Assembly (NCBI RefSeq): GCF_024521635.1 | Contig: NW_026250414.1 | Span: forward strand, 930,001-994,000 | Origin: Tricharina praecox | Lineage: Eukaryota | Reading direction: 5' to 3' | DNA: 64,000 bases | Shown: positions 39,316 through 51,527 of the stretch, one piece after another | How the letters are laid out: every line of letters starts with the position of its first letter | Position numbering within the stretch: the first letter of the stretch is position 1 | Translations under genes and position numbers: made by a program | The notes under the pieces: model-generated | Told to the model about the DNA's origin: nothing | Database searches by the model: none | What the model saw: only the letters and a program-made list of their open reading frames with translations

Positions 39316-40294
39316 CTAAAACTGCATCAAGTGGGGTCGGTCGCCCTTGCTCAACGAGAAGGACGAGGCGATGTAACTCTTAAGCTCGGGAACCTTGGCG
39401 ATGTTCTTGACGAGAGCAGCATCGACCTCCTTCTGGTCGGACTTGCGGATGTCCGGGGTCTCCTTCTTCTGTATTGTAGAAATAGACATTAGAACTCCTT
39501 CATCTCTTGGCTGCAATGAGGAGTCGAAAGGTCACAACGTACGGTCACCTTGTCGCCCTTGAAGAGCTTCTCCTCCTTGGTCTTCTTCGCCTCCTTCTCG
39601 CGAGCGAAGTACTTGTCGTCGAACTTGTCGACGTTAACACCAGCAAGGTCGACGGTCGTAGAGGTGGCGATCACGTAACGAGCGTTGACACGGCGAAGAG
39701 GAACGCCGTTAACCTTGAAGGGACCGGTGACGAGCAGGATACCGTTGGTCAAAGCCTTCAGGAAAACGACACGCTTGCCCCGGAAACGACCAGCGAGGAG
39801 GATCAGGACGCAACCGGGCTTCAAGGAAGGACGGAGGGTGGTCGGCCTGATGGACTTGCGGACCTGTTGTGGGAGCTCAGGTCAGCATGATATCCCAAAG
39901 CTTAGGTTGCGTGGAGCTCGAGATGGACGATCGACAATGGAGTGACAGTAGCAGCAGAACCCGCTTTCTCTGATGAATATTCTGTGAATTCCCTCCTCTT
40001 ACTATCTGCATCTCGAAAGCTGTAGACCAAGGCTCTTCTCCGTGATTCCCGCAATTTTCCAAGCTCTTTCTCTCTTCTCTCATAGTCCCCACAGCTGCTT
40101 CTGCCACTCGTCCATTTCCGACCATCGATCTCGTCTCTCACAGATCCGCTGAGATTGACCCATCACGCACAGAGAAAACCGACCTTCTTGGGCTCCGCAT
40201 CCTCCTGCGAAGGGTACCACTTGGAGGACCTCTTGAGCGGGACCTCCCGCTTTCCGGACCCGAAGGAGATTTGCTTGATATCGGCCGTCGACAT
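39316..40294 (-). CDS. RPL6: 60S ribosomal protein L6 (eL6), 192 aa
   Basis: Exons 40294-40184, 39863-39549, 39468-39316. Motifs: [61 protein letters not shown]. Confidence 0.97.
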
Positions 40295-40452
40295 TTCTGG
40301 GGTGGGGGATGGGGTAGTCGTTTGGCGTTCGGTCGCGGACTTGCTGGGTGTCGGCGCTGGCGTTTGTCGTGATTTGGTGATAGAGAATTATGAAATTGTC
40401 GGGGGTTGCCAGAGTCGCTGTGCGATTGTGGGGAATTCTGTTCGCGTGCGGT

Positions 40453-40468
40453 TTAGGGCTTGTGACTG
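40453..40468 (-). promoter_or_regulatory. Adjacent ribosomal-protein promoter motifs: Homol-D (CAGTCACA) and AGCCCTAA
   Basis: Plus strand ttagggct-tgtgactg, ~160 bp upstream of the RPL6 ATG. Both motifs are known from fungal ribosomal protein promoters. Confidence 0.65.
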
Positions 40469-40705
40469 GCGTGGCATTTGTGGTGTGGGATTAGCTCTTG
40501 GTGGGCGATTGAGAGAAGATAAGATAGAGTGATAGGCGTAGGTCTAGATGGTGGAGATAATACTTAGAGATAAGATCATTCTGTAAGATAAGATCATTCA
40601 GATAGTTAGATGAGACTTGGCGAAAAGAGCCCTGCCATGCACGTGTTCAACAACGAAGGCCGGGCAACTCTCTTTAGCGAATCAACGCTAACTTAAGTTA
40701 AGCAG

Positions 40706-40714
40706 AGCTCCACC
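40706..40714 (-). promoter_or_regulatory. GGTGGAGCT, putative proteasome-gene element (GGAGCT type) upstream of RPN13
   Basis: agctccacc lies ~100 bp upstream of the RPN13 ATG. A PACE-like GATGGCAAA (minus strand) is also present near 40753-40761. Confidence 0.45.
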
Positions 40715-40811
40715 TGCACGTCACTCTGCTTGCTTGCTGCTTGTCGCCGGTGTTTGCCATCCACCCCCCATCAAACAATCAAACAAACTCATCCATTAGC
40801 CAACCACCACG

Positions 40812-42101
40812 ATGCCCGCAACCCAACCCCTCATCGCCATCAAGGCCGGCAAATGCATTCAGGAAGTGAGCTTCATCTAATGCTACTTGCTGCGACCTGG
40901 AGTTGACTCTTGTTCCTACAGTCCAACACCATCATACCGAGCCCCGAGCCTGGTCTGCTTTACATCTACGTGAATCCCGATGAAGGTACTGACTACAATC
41001 CCATCCCATCCCGCGCGGCAGGCACTCTGCTACACCCACAAACTAACCACTTCAAAACCCCAGAGCTGCTGCACCACTTCTGCTGGAAACCTCGTGGCGC
41101 CGTCGAGCCCGAAGACGACCTTCTAATATTCCCGGGCGATGCGAAACTCATACGACACGATACCGGTCCAACCGGCCGCATCTTCATGCTCAAGTTTTTG
41201 TCTTCCTCTCAGCGCAATTTCTACTGGCTTCAGGCGCAATCGGAAGACCCGAATCAGCCCGGTCTCTGGAGCGAGCGCGACAAGGGTTGGATAAAGAAGA
41301 TCGACAGCATCCTGCAGGGCGAGGAAGCAGCCGACGACGAGGAGATGGGTGATGCGCCGATCGACAGCACCGAGATTGAGCAGGAGGGTGAACAGCCTAG
41401 ACGCGGCGGCGAGGATGGTGGCAGGGCGTAGGTTTTTCATTTCCTTTTGCTTCCATCTGGCTTCTGTTCCTGTTTCCTGTCTGGCATCACTTCATCATGG
41501 CTCTACACGAAATCGCTTGGTTGGGGTGGTCCTGTACACTTGGCGAGTATTGAATCGCATTTTAATTGCTTCTCTTTGAGGCGAATCGTTGCTTGTGTCC
41601 GTGAGCTGCGTGATGTACACTTCACTTTGTAGATGGATAACAAGGCTGACGGTGTGTCCGTCTTGATCGGTTGTCAGGCCCGCTGCTCCGCAGTTCGACC
41701 TCACGTCACTCCTCTCCCAGATCAGAGTTCCCGGTGGGCCAGCTCGCCAGCAGGAGCCTCCTATCTCACTTCACGATCTCCTCGATCCAAGTGAGACTGT
41801 CGGCTTGATCGATCACGTGTCGTTGGAGACCATTGATAACATGATCGCCAATCTTCCGCCGGCATTGGTCCCTAAGGATGCCAGTGAAGGCCAGAAGAGG
41901 CAGATCATTACCAAGGTTCTAAGATCCCCGCAATTCACGCAAGGCGCGATCGGTCTCTCGGCTGCCCTTCGCGAAGGCGCCCTCCGGGGTGTTGCCGACA
42001 GCCTGAAGGTGCCCATCCTGCCTAGCGAGGAAACTACTGCAGCCGACCAGGTGGAGGCTTTGGTGAGGGGAATCAAGCGGGAGATTGAGCGCGAGCAGTA
42101 A
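40812..42101 (+). CDS. RPN13: Proteasome ubiquitin receptor Rpn13/ADRM1 (PRU domain plus C-terminal UCH-binding domain), ~301 aa
   Basis: Exons 40812-40865, 40922-40985, 41064-41427, 41678-42101. Motifs: IKAGKC, PEPGLLYI, HFCWKPR, GRIFMLKFLSSSQRNFYWLQ, VLRSPQFTQ..LSAALR. Confidence 0.92.
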
Positions 42102-42690
42102 AATTGTACTTGAGATTCTGTATACTACACTCGAAATACCTAGGATCTTGATAGTTAGCCTATCAATTGGCACGCCGTCCCAGTCGCTCGGAGTACTTTT
42201 TATTTACTTAATCATTATAGAATTCGACTTCAGGTAGAGCACGACTGTTGCGGAACCGGTTCCTCCTTAATTGATGTCGCTCGGAGTACGCGGTGCTAAT
42301 GTGAATACAATGATCGAATTACGAGTGAGGCGGGATGCATAAAGCTAGTGTAGGATTGAGCCAGCAGCTCTCATTCCCTCCCATTCTGTCCTCCCACAGT
42401 CGGCCCTCCCATATTCGGCCCTCCCGCACTCGGCCCTCTCACATTCTGTCCTCCCTCGTTCTGTCCTCCCTCGTTCTGTCCTCCTCGTTCTGTCCCGTAC
42501 TTTCCCAACACCGTCCTCAGTCTCCATATACTCCCCTCCTCCTTCCTTCTCCGCAGCCTTCAATTCTTCCTCTCCTCCTCTCCTCCTCGCCCCACTTTCA
42601 TCTTCATCGAGCTCCTTCAAGTCCCTTCCCTCTCGTCTGTCGAAGGCCGTCTTCCCTTTTACCTTCACCAGGCAAGCCTTCATTGCCCGT

Positions 42691-45185
42691 ATGCCTCCTT
42701 GGGGACAACACATCACTACATCCCAAGGAACAAGAAGCAATCAGTTTCCTTCCTCCATCCCAGCTTGTACGTGGTGTCTATTTATATGCCATTGCATGCA
42801 TTCGTTTATTGACATCTCCCATCCAGACCCCGAGAGATCCCGCAATCCTTTGACGAAGCGACTGCCAATTTTGCCTCAACAAGACTCTTTGAAGAGACGG
42901 ACTTCTATCACCAGGTATTTCTTGCCCGTGGGTCTATGCGGTGTTGGAGTAGAGTGCTGTTGCTGATATACATCATAAGAGTTTCACCCTGCAAGCTCGT
43001 CGACACTTACTATCGTCTACCTCCTGGAAAGTCGACTCTTAAGGATCCCCAGCCTGTCCTCTCGTCACCAAAGCCTGTCGACAAGGCTTCCACCGGAACC
43101 ACCTCGGAGTGTTCACTTGCTATCCGTAGCGGAAACTCTGCCATGTCGGAAGCCGGCGCCAGCTACGCCCAGAGGAGTCCGGAGGTGAAGGCCAAAGCTA
43201 CTCCTGCAAGGAAAGTCGGACTTCTTGATTCGGCAGGAGACGGAACGGGGAAGAAGACTCCATTGAGCGTTGGATTGAAGAAGTATCATGGAAATACTGG
43301 CAAAGAAAAGGAAAAGGATGATGAGCAAAAGTTCCCGCCACTCAGGTTCTCCCCTGAAAAGCCCAGGACGAAGAATAAGCTCCCACCGCCGACCGCCTCC
43401 CCTTTCCGAAAGACTGCCACGGAGAATAAACCACCGGTTAGCGAGAAGAAGTCAACTCCTGCGAGGAATGATGATATCTATGCTTGGAGGAATGCTGTGG
43501 CACGCAGAAAGATCCGCATTGCTTCGAGGTCTAATAAGAACCTTGTCTATCGTTCTAGGATTCCGGTTGCTATGAGGGACGAACCTCCTAAGCGATCTCC
43601 TCCTGCTCGTTACCTTGATTCTGGCACGCCTTCTCGTCCAGCAAAGGTCCCGACGTCTCAGCCAAGTGAGGAGACTATCCAAGAGTCAACCAAGAAGGCA
43701 GCTGAGGAAGTAGTAGAGGAGCCAATCGATGAGCCAGTCGATGATGATGTTACGGTCACCGAGAACGAATCCAGTGTCTCGGATCACCCCGAGGAGCTGG
43801 AGCCCGACTATGCCATCGGATACGACAATCATACTCCAACGCCATTGCACGGAAGCGGCGAAACGATTTCCGACTTGCGAAACCAATTCCTCCACGCTCT
43901 CGGAATCCAGGAGATCAGCTTACCTAGCCTCTCGGATCATATCGCAAATGTCAACTTCAACTCGGTACTCAAGGATAAGCTCCGCGAGATCAAAATCCAG
44001 GAGATGCACCAGCGTATCAGCGTCGTCAAGTTGCTTCACTACTCTGCCAAGTACCATGGTGCCAATGAAAACGAACTCGGTTGCGTCAAGGGTTGGCTGG
44101 ATGATCTTAACGAGGAGCTCTGGACGATCGAGTGCGATAAGATGCAACCGAGCAAGATCTGGTTCGATCAAATCTTCAGGTGGTTGTGGCACAGGCCCGG
44201 AAGCGAAGACTCGGATCCCGATCAGTTTGACGCCGCTCCGAACGAGGACCTCTATGTGCTCTACAACGCCGCACCGCACAGAGTTCTCGCGGCGAAGAAA
44301 GAGCATGAACTGTTCAATCTTAGGGACACCGGTGTCGAGCTTCTCAGGAACGGATTCCGGAATAAGGAGAAGAAGATGATGGAGTATTGGGCCAAGCTTC
44401 GTGGGCTCAATTACATCCCCAATCCTTGCGGAGAGGACGTTATTGGTATTTATATGAGGAGACTGACGAGGTGGGACGGAGTTGAGTTGCCCGAAACAAT
44501 GATTCAGCGTAGGAGGATGTGGTATTTGTGAGTTGAAGCCTTCTTACGTTGTGTTCTCGTACATTTACTGAGTGCAACTAGTTGTCTCGAGCATTATGTC
44601 CATTGGAAGGAAGCTGTACCTTTTTACGCCCTTTCGGTTAAGATGATGAATCTTCTCATCGTCTTTCACGATCTTTGGGGAATGCATGTGGACGGCATGA
44701 GCAACCAGGAGAAGAAGGACTTTGGAGTCTTGCATGATAATCTTTATAGGTTTGCAACTGTCTTTATTAAGCCGGTCGAGGGAGCCAACGATCCTACCTG
44801 GCAGGATAATGAGTGCATGTGTGAGTGGTTCACTTTACCTGTTGGTTTGGTTTCTCATGCTGATGTTGGAGCAGACTGCTTCAGCAAAAACGCTGCCACT
44901 AGGATCTGCAACGAAGAACGCGGACGAAACATCTGGATGTGGCTCACGCAACTCGCCGGTATCGCTGGATACGGCAAATACTATGCTGCCGTCATGAAGA
45001 TCATGACCGACGGAAAGGATCCTGATTATGTCAACCAGCTATTCGAAACGCACTTCTGGAGCCCGAGAACCTGTTCATTGATGACCGGTCTTAAGCGGAT
45101 CAAGGATGCTATGAAGAAGCATGCTGGCCCTGGTGAGAGGATGGGCCTTGGTATCAAGAAGATGGGCGCATTTAAGCATTCTTAA
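42691..45185 (+). CDS. Hypothetical protein, ~769 aa; disordered K/P/S-rich N-half and globular C-half
   Basis: Exons 42691-42766, 42827-42914, 42980-44521 and 44582-45185 join in frame. An alternative start lies at 43143. No family recognised. Confidence 0.75.
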
Positions 45186-46197
45186 GTTCCTGCGCACACC
45201 ACCGTCTTTCCTTCGGGCTTTTATTTTTGATTAATAAACACACTTGTCTTTATAGCTTTGGTTTGTAGATTGGATGATTGATGCGTTTGGTTTTTTGTGT
45301 CTCTTATATCTCGCCTGTCTGTCTATCCGCCGAGCTCCGTCGAGGGCGGGGAAGAATGATGGACGATGGGGTTATTCGGTTGATGCTTCTTCATGGGGAT
45401 ATCGACTACCTACCCCACTAAACTTTTGCTGTTTGTTGGGCACTGCGGCTCTTACAGTACTTGTACCTTTTTTGTTACGGTTTATTTTTGCTGGCGAGAT
45501 GGGATATGTTTCGAATGCCACACTGAGCTGCATTTGGGCGGGATGGGAGGGAGCATGGAGGGCGGTCGTTAGTCTAATCATAAAGGCTTTATTGATAATT
45601 GATGGCCGGTCGTTGGAAGCGACGAAGTCAATGTTAAGTTTGGGCGGGTAGTGGGTGCCATTCCTCCACAAAAATGGTGGCGACGATCCTCGTCGTGAAG
45701 AATTGACGATCGTGTGGCTGGAGATTGATGGTGGTGGCTGAAAGGATAGTGTGGTGGGGGGATCCACTACGCTGGCTTGCTTGGTGCTGGATGATATGTA
45801 GGAGCTCGATCGAGAATTGGACAAGCAAGCAATCAACGGCCGACAAAGTCAATAGACAATCAGAGCTCAGCATAGACCCATTCACTCCCACCCACTCATC
45901 TCAACATCGCACTCCAGCCCAACATCACGCTCGTCTCACGTCGCCATTGTTTCTCTGCTGCCTCGCCGTATCCTTGCAATCTCGGTTCGTCAGTACTCCA
46001 CTTCGAAGGATCCTCCTTCTTCCAAGGGGGACTAATCGCATACTCTAGCAGCCGCGCGCTGTCGATCTCAGAACTTCTGTCCATCATCTAGATTACCGCT
46101 CAAGCTCGAGAGTGGGAGCTCGAGTTAGGCGTCTGCTGATATCCCCCCACCGCGCCAACAGTCAGTCCAGCGTCAAGGCACGCATCCAGCGCCGCCA

Positions 46198-48445
46198 ATG
46201 CCTTCACCCACTACCACCACGTCGGCTCCTCTCGCACCCGCTCCAAGCGACCGCGAAGACTACCCTCCTGACCGCAGCTCCTACCAGCCCCTCCCCGACG
46301 ACGCCGACACACTCGACGACGGAAACACCCTCCTCCCTCTCGAGGCAGATCCAGACGCGGAACAGGACGACGACGCGCTCTATAATCTGGAATCTTTCCG
46401 CAGCGAGTACAAGAGGAGCAGCCAGTACGCGGCACCCCTGGCCGGCTTCGTGAGGAGGGATATTGGCATTGTGCGGAGGGCGGCGAAACCGCAGCCGCTG
46501 TCGCCGGTGCTGTCGCTGGTCGGTGGCGTGAGGGGCGAGAAGGGGGGCTTTGCTGGTATGTTTATCATCCCTCATCCTAACCACCGCTTTGTTCGCGACG
46601 TGATCCGTGTTTGTCTGTGCTCCCTTTGGCGGGGCTCGGGATCGGCCGTGTCTGCCTGGCGCTCCGTCCAGCGAACAAATACAAACAACCGCCAGCTTGC
46701 AATCAATTGCAGATTGAGCCCCACCGTCGTCCGCATCGTAGCCCCCGTCTCTCTTCCTCAGCTGAGCCGCGTATTCTCCTCCCGAGAACTATCGACCCTG
46801 GTCCTGTGCTGCTCGTCTACTCTTCTCCTTCTTTTCCCTTTCTCTTTTCGTTTGTCTTGACTTGTTTTTCATTCCTCTCACTCAGCTCGCACAACAAACG
46901 CCAACCGAAACCAAAAGCCGCTAACTGAACCCCCCCGTCTTCCCAAGCATCATCCACTACCACAACTACATCAACCACCACCACAAAACCAGCCATCACT
47001 ACATCTGCTACTACCGCCACCACCGCCGCCAATACCGCTTCCGCCGCCGCTGCCGCCGGCGTTCCCCAACCTCTCCATCGCCCTCACCACCAACACAAAC
47101 CTCGCTCATCCGACACCCGTTCAAAACTGCCGGCCACAACGAACTCCGCTCCCCGCACGCTCGCCTCCACCGCCGCCATTCCTAACCTACCCGACCAGGT
47201 CCAGGGCGACCGCGCAGCGCTCGACGTTCAAGACCAGCCCGCCGCGCAAGACGACTCGGAATCCATCTCCGAGGAGTCGAGTATCTCATCCGTCGACGAA
47301 ATGGAGGAGGAAGAATCCTGGATCGCAAGCTTCTGCAACGTGATCGGTCACGAATACTTCGCTGAAGTGTCCGAAGATTTTATCGAGGATGACTTTAACC
47401 TGACTGGCCTCGGCGCTGTGGTGCCTATGTAATCCCCCCTCTTCTTCCTTGACATGCGTGAAGGTGCTTGAGAAATTGCTGCGGGACTGACGCTTGGTGG
47501 CGGTTGACAACCAGGTACAAAGAAGCCCTTGAGATGATCCTAGACGTGGAGCCTGAAGACGATTCCGAATCCCCTGGTTCTGCCTCCGAGTCGCTGTCGG
47601 AGAACCCAGCCGGCCCCTCGTACCGTCGGCAGCGCGGCCACACTCGCACCGCGTCCGACTACTCTATGATAGAAACCTCTGCCGAAATGCTGTACGGTCT
47701 CATCCACCAGCGCTTCATCACATCACGACAGGGTATTCAGGTCATGTACGACAAGTACTTAGCCAATCACTTCGGCTTCTGCCCTCGCGTTAACTGCGTG
47801 TCGGCACGCGTCCTCCCGTGCGGCTACTCCGACACCCCCGGCACTGAGACCGTCAAACTCTTCTGCCCCAGTTGCTGCGACATCTACATCCCGCCGAACT
47901 CGCGCTTCCAGTCCGTCGACGGCGCCTACTTCGGCACCACATTCCCCACACTCTTCCTGATGACCTTCCCCGAGCTCGAGATCGTCGGGAACGGCAGGAA
48001 AGACGTCACAGCAAGCAACACCCTCAACTCCGCCGGCGGTCGCAAGGGCGCTGCTAATAACACCCTTGCCCCCATCAACGGAGTCCCTGCCAACAACATC
48101 GCCCCCGGACTCGGCAAAGGCCACCGCTACGAGATGCGCATCTACGGATTCCGCGTCAACGAGCGCGCCCGCAGCGGTCCGCGAATGGGCTGGCTACGCG
48201 AGAAGCCAGAGGACCTGGGGGATCTCAATGAGATGACCAAGTCCGGCAAGGGCGCGGGACCCTTCGGGAGCGATGATGACGGAATGGGAAGTGCTAGCGA
48301 CGATGATGAGGAAGAAGAAGAGGAGGAGGAAGAAGACGAGGATATGGCGTTTCCCGCCGATGGCGCTGGTAGATCGTTGAAGCGCGGGGCTCCGGCGACG
48401 GCTACGGGAAGCGAGATTGGCGCTGGAAACGAGGAGGTCAGGTGA
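46198..48445 (+). CDS. CKB1: Casein kinase II regulatory beta subunit (CKB1-type); ~589 aa with N-terminal extension, or 352 aa from ATG 47301
   Basis: Core exons 47301-47428 and 47515-48445 carry [41 protein letters not shown], zinc ribbon [26 protein letters not shown]. Upstream exon 46198-46555 splices in frame (GTATGT..GCTAAC..AAG 46947). The core is secure; the extension is less so. Confidence 0.9.
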
Positions 48446-48755
48446 TGGGCTTCTTCTCTTTCTTTTATGGTTCCTGTTCTCTTCGGTTGGGATTGTTGCG
48501 ATAGAATGAAGGGTGGTTACGTCGAGGTGTGGTGTAGTTGCGCGGGGGGCTGTGTACAGGTGTTTTCTGTTCTTTCCCTTCCCTTCTCTTTTTTTCTTTT
48601 CTTTGAATGTTACTGCACACGGAGGCTGTTGGGTTAGTTGCGGCCTGCGGCGAGGCTGGAATGGGTCAGGTATTACGGTACGTTAGTTATTTTATTGCGG
48701 TTCTATGTGTGAGCGAGTGATGGTAATGGTCTGTTTGGATGATTGATCATGATTC

Positions 48756-48856
48756 ATGTGCAATCAAGCGGATGTGCAATCAAGCGGATGTGCAACCAAG
48801 CGGATGTGCAATCAAGCGGATGTGCAATCAAGCGGATGTGCAATCAAGCGGATGTG
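48756..48856. repeat. 16-bp minisatellite (ATGTGCAATCAAGCGG) x~6.3 downstream of CKB1
   Basis: Tandem copies with one substitution in copy 3 and no spacers. Confidence 0.92.
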
Positions 48857-49457
48857 ATTGTGCGGTTGTGGTTGTGGCTGTAATACCTACGGTACTCTGG
48901 TAGAGACAGCGTGAATGGATCCAGGTCGTTAGGGTCCTGTTCTGCCTGCCTCACGATGAAGGGAGTATGGATAAGGCCGACTGAGTGTGAAGAATGCCAT
49001 GATGAAAAGCTCTGAGAGTGAGCGGGGAAGTGGGATTGAGTGGGAATAACCACTATAGGGCCTCGTTAAGCTTGGGGGGATAGACCGAGAGATGAATGGC
49101 AGTTTGAATTGCTACTGCTGGCTAGTTGGGAAAAAGGAATGGTTATAGAATGGTTATATATTGAAGGGGCGGTGGGGGGAAGGGGATTATCATAATGTAT
49201 CACTCGCGATGAACTCTCACTCGGGTGTTCAAATAATAGAGTAAGCTGTAGTCGTGAACCTAGATACCACTGACGGACAGGATCTAGAGTTGAACATAGG
49301 TATGTGTACGAGTAGATGAACGGAAAAACTTCATTGTGGAAAAAAAAACGTCCAATATGTGGCCATGGCAAAAAAAACACCCTCCTAAACTCTCAGGAAC
49401 TAACCTATATGTCAACCGTAGTATTCACCGCCCTACCGCCGGCCTCCATAGCTCACA

Positions 49458-51527
49458 CTAATCTTCCTCGAGAACCTTTACGCACTCCTGTAGCTTCTTG
49501 ACCACCTTTTCATAGTACTCCGCCCGGGTTCCCTCATCGGTCAGATCGTGGCTCTTGCTGAGCTTAGCATGGAAGCAGGCACTGACAGCGGATGCAAACT
49601 TCCGGCCGGCCTCGTCGTGCAATCGGTCTTCAACAATCTCGCGTAATTTGATGTACTGCTTGATGTAACTACGGTCCCCGGGGGTATCATCATTGTTGTT
49701 GGTGGGCAGTGGAGATGCAGATCGAGAACTCTCAATGTCGGCGAAAGGCTTGCCGTAAGCCAGCTCTGTCAGCACGTAGGCCAAGGAGAAAAGCTGGCTG
49801 TTCTTTGCGAGTGGCCAGGGGGAGCGGCGTTCGGATCGGCTTTGGGTAGGCCGCAGTGCGGAGACGTGTGGAGCGAATGTCCCCGCGGCCAAAGGTGGTT
49901 CGCCGCATTGACGGGAGACCACCGGCTTTCCTTGACCGTTAAGGAAAACGTAGATGTCGTCACTAGCCCAGCGGTGCCCAAGCCATGGAGACAGAGGAAG
50001 AGAACCGAAATGCAGAACGGCGAGCGAAATCATCGATGCCATACGGAGCCGCTCCAAGCGCGCGAAGTGCAGCACATTTCCATTATTCGACAGGAGCTCC
50101 GAGAGTGCCAGCCTCTGTGAGGGCTCATTTCGAAGTGCTTCTTTGTAAAGAAGATGACGATGGGTTTCCGTGGTAGTGGTCCGAGTGGAAAGGAATCCCA
50201 GATATCTTGATGACGGGGTCGACGGCATTGGCAAGTAAATCTTGGCTGTACAGAGCGACACAAGGGGAGAAATGTCTTCACACGCCAGCTGAAACGACGA
50301 ATGCGAAGACGACGGTGAGATAACAATCGTGTCGGTTTGCTGCCGAGAGGATAATGATGAAGTGATGACCATCGTTCTGCTTCGCCCTACACATTGGGAA
50401 GCATTAGGAGGCGTAGGAAGAGGTTGCACTCGTATGCTATCACACGGCGGCAAGAGTTTCCGCTTCGATGCCATCTGGCTTGAAGGCTTCAATATCGATG
50501 TTGCCCCCTCCGTATCCTCCCTTGCGCATGGAGCTGACTCGACCAGCACACACAGGTACTCTGGCTGAGCTTCGTCCGAGCAGCCCTCGGAATTCTTTGA
50601 TGAAATCATCAGTTTGAAGTTTGCGCGGCCGTGGGATCCAGTGTTCTGGAGATATGTTGTCCCCTCCAGTCGAAGATCCACACTATGGCATGCACACTCC
50701 GGGATAAAAGCTAACCCTTCTTTGAGACGTCGCGCACAGTCACGGACCGCGTCCCAACTAGTAGATCTTTCTTCTAGTGGGGGCGGCAGCCATTCTGAGG
50801 ATATCTCGATCGGCTGATTCGTAGCATCTTTTTTGCCGTGTCTCCGTCTCTTTTTCAGTTCTTTGTCTTGCTTCCTTAGTGTCCGTAGGGTTTTGTTGTA
50901 CACCCGGAGCTTGGTAAGAAGTTCGGCCACCTCGGCTTGGCCACCCTCCAACCACTTCATCCTGCGAGCTTTGTCCACATATTTTTGAAAGGAGGTGCCC
51001 GATGAGCCAGAATCTGCTGCTCCCAGCCGCACCTAAACTTCATCAGCTTTATGATTCATGTGACATAAGTACTTTTTCTTTCCGCGGGTGGATAAAAAAA
51101 GGTATGTAGATACCGCTGTGGATGGCTCCAGTGAGCCACTGAGAACAGCTGCCGGTCCTTTAAACCCTTTTGCAGCCGTCAACTTGATGGAGGTCGTCTC
51201 CAAAACTTCCAAGCACGCTCGTAACGCAGCTTCTCTGGGTTTCGACATATGCGATGCACACCACGCTACGAAATCCTGCTCGTTCCATTGCGGATGCTTT
51301 TCATCGTCAAGCATCTGCTCGGCAATATCTGGGTTGACGATCCCGCAGAGAAACAACTGGCACTCGCGCGTAAATATCTCTTGCTGCAGGGAGAGATCGA
51401 TCGTCCACGTCGAAAAGATGCCATCATCCAAACGCAATGCATTCAAAAATCCCGAGCACTTGATGTAGGCCTTGTATGCAACTGGGATCAGCGCTATGGC
51501 ACCAAGAGTGAAGCTGGCAGGTTCCAT
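49458..51527 (-). CDS. Fungal protein with HeLo-like N-terminal helical domain and degenerate kinase-C-lobe-like C-terminus, ~662 aa
   Basis: Exons 51527-51114 and 51032-49458. Hydrophobic N-terminal helix MEPASFTLGAIALIP and QMLDDEKHPQW; C-terminal RLRMA..AVLHF..PWL..W..DIYVF, LFSLAYVLTELAYGKPF, AGRKFASAVSAC. The gene model is solid; the domain call (DUF7580-like) is from memory. Confidence 0.75.

Noticed and set aside
39864-40183. Possible intronic snoRNA in the 320-nt first intron of RPL6
   Set aside because: No convincing C box (RTGATGA) and D box pair or H/ACA layout by eye; an Rfam scan would be needed.
45274-45651. 125-aa hydrophobic ORF downstream of the orphan gene
   Set aside because: It lies in T-rich 3'-UTR-like sequence, which explains the hydrophobicity.
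48756-48856. CRISPR-like appearance of the tandem repeats (also 38559-38625 and 151-236)
   Set aside because: Eukaryotic context, no series of unique spacers, and no cas genes.
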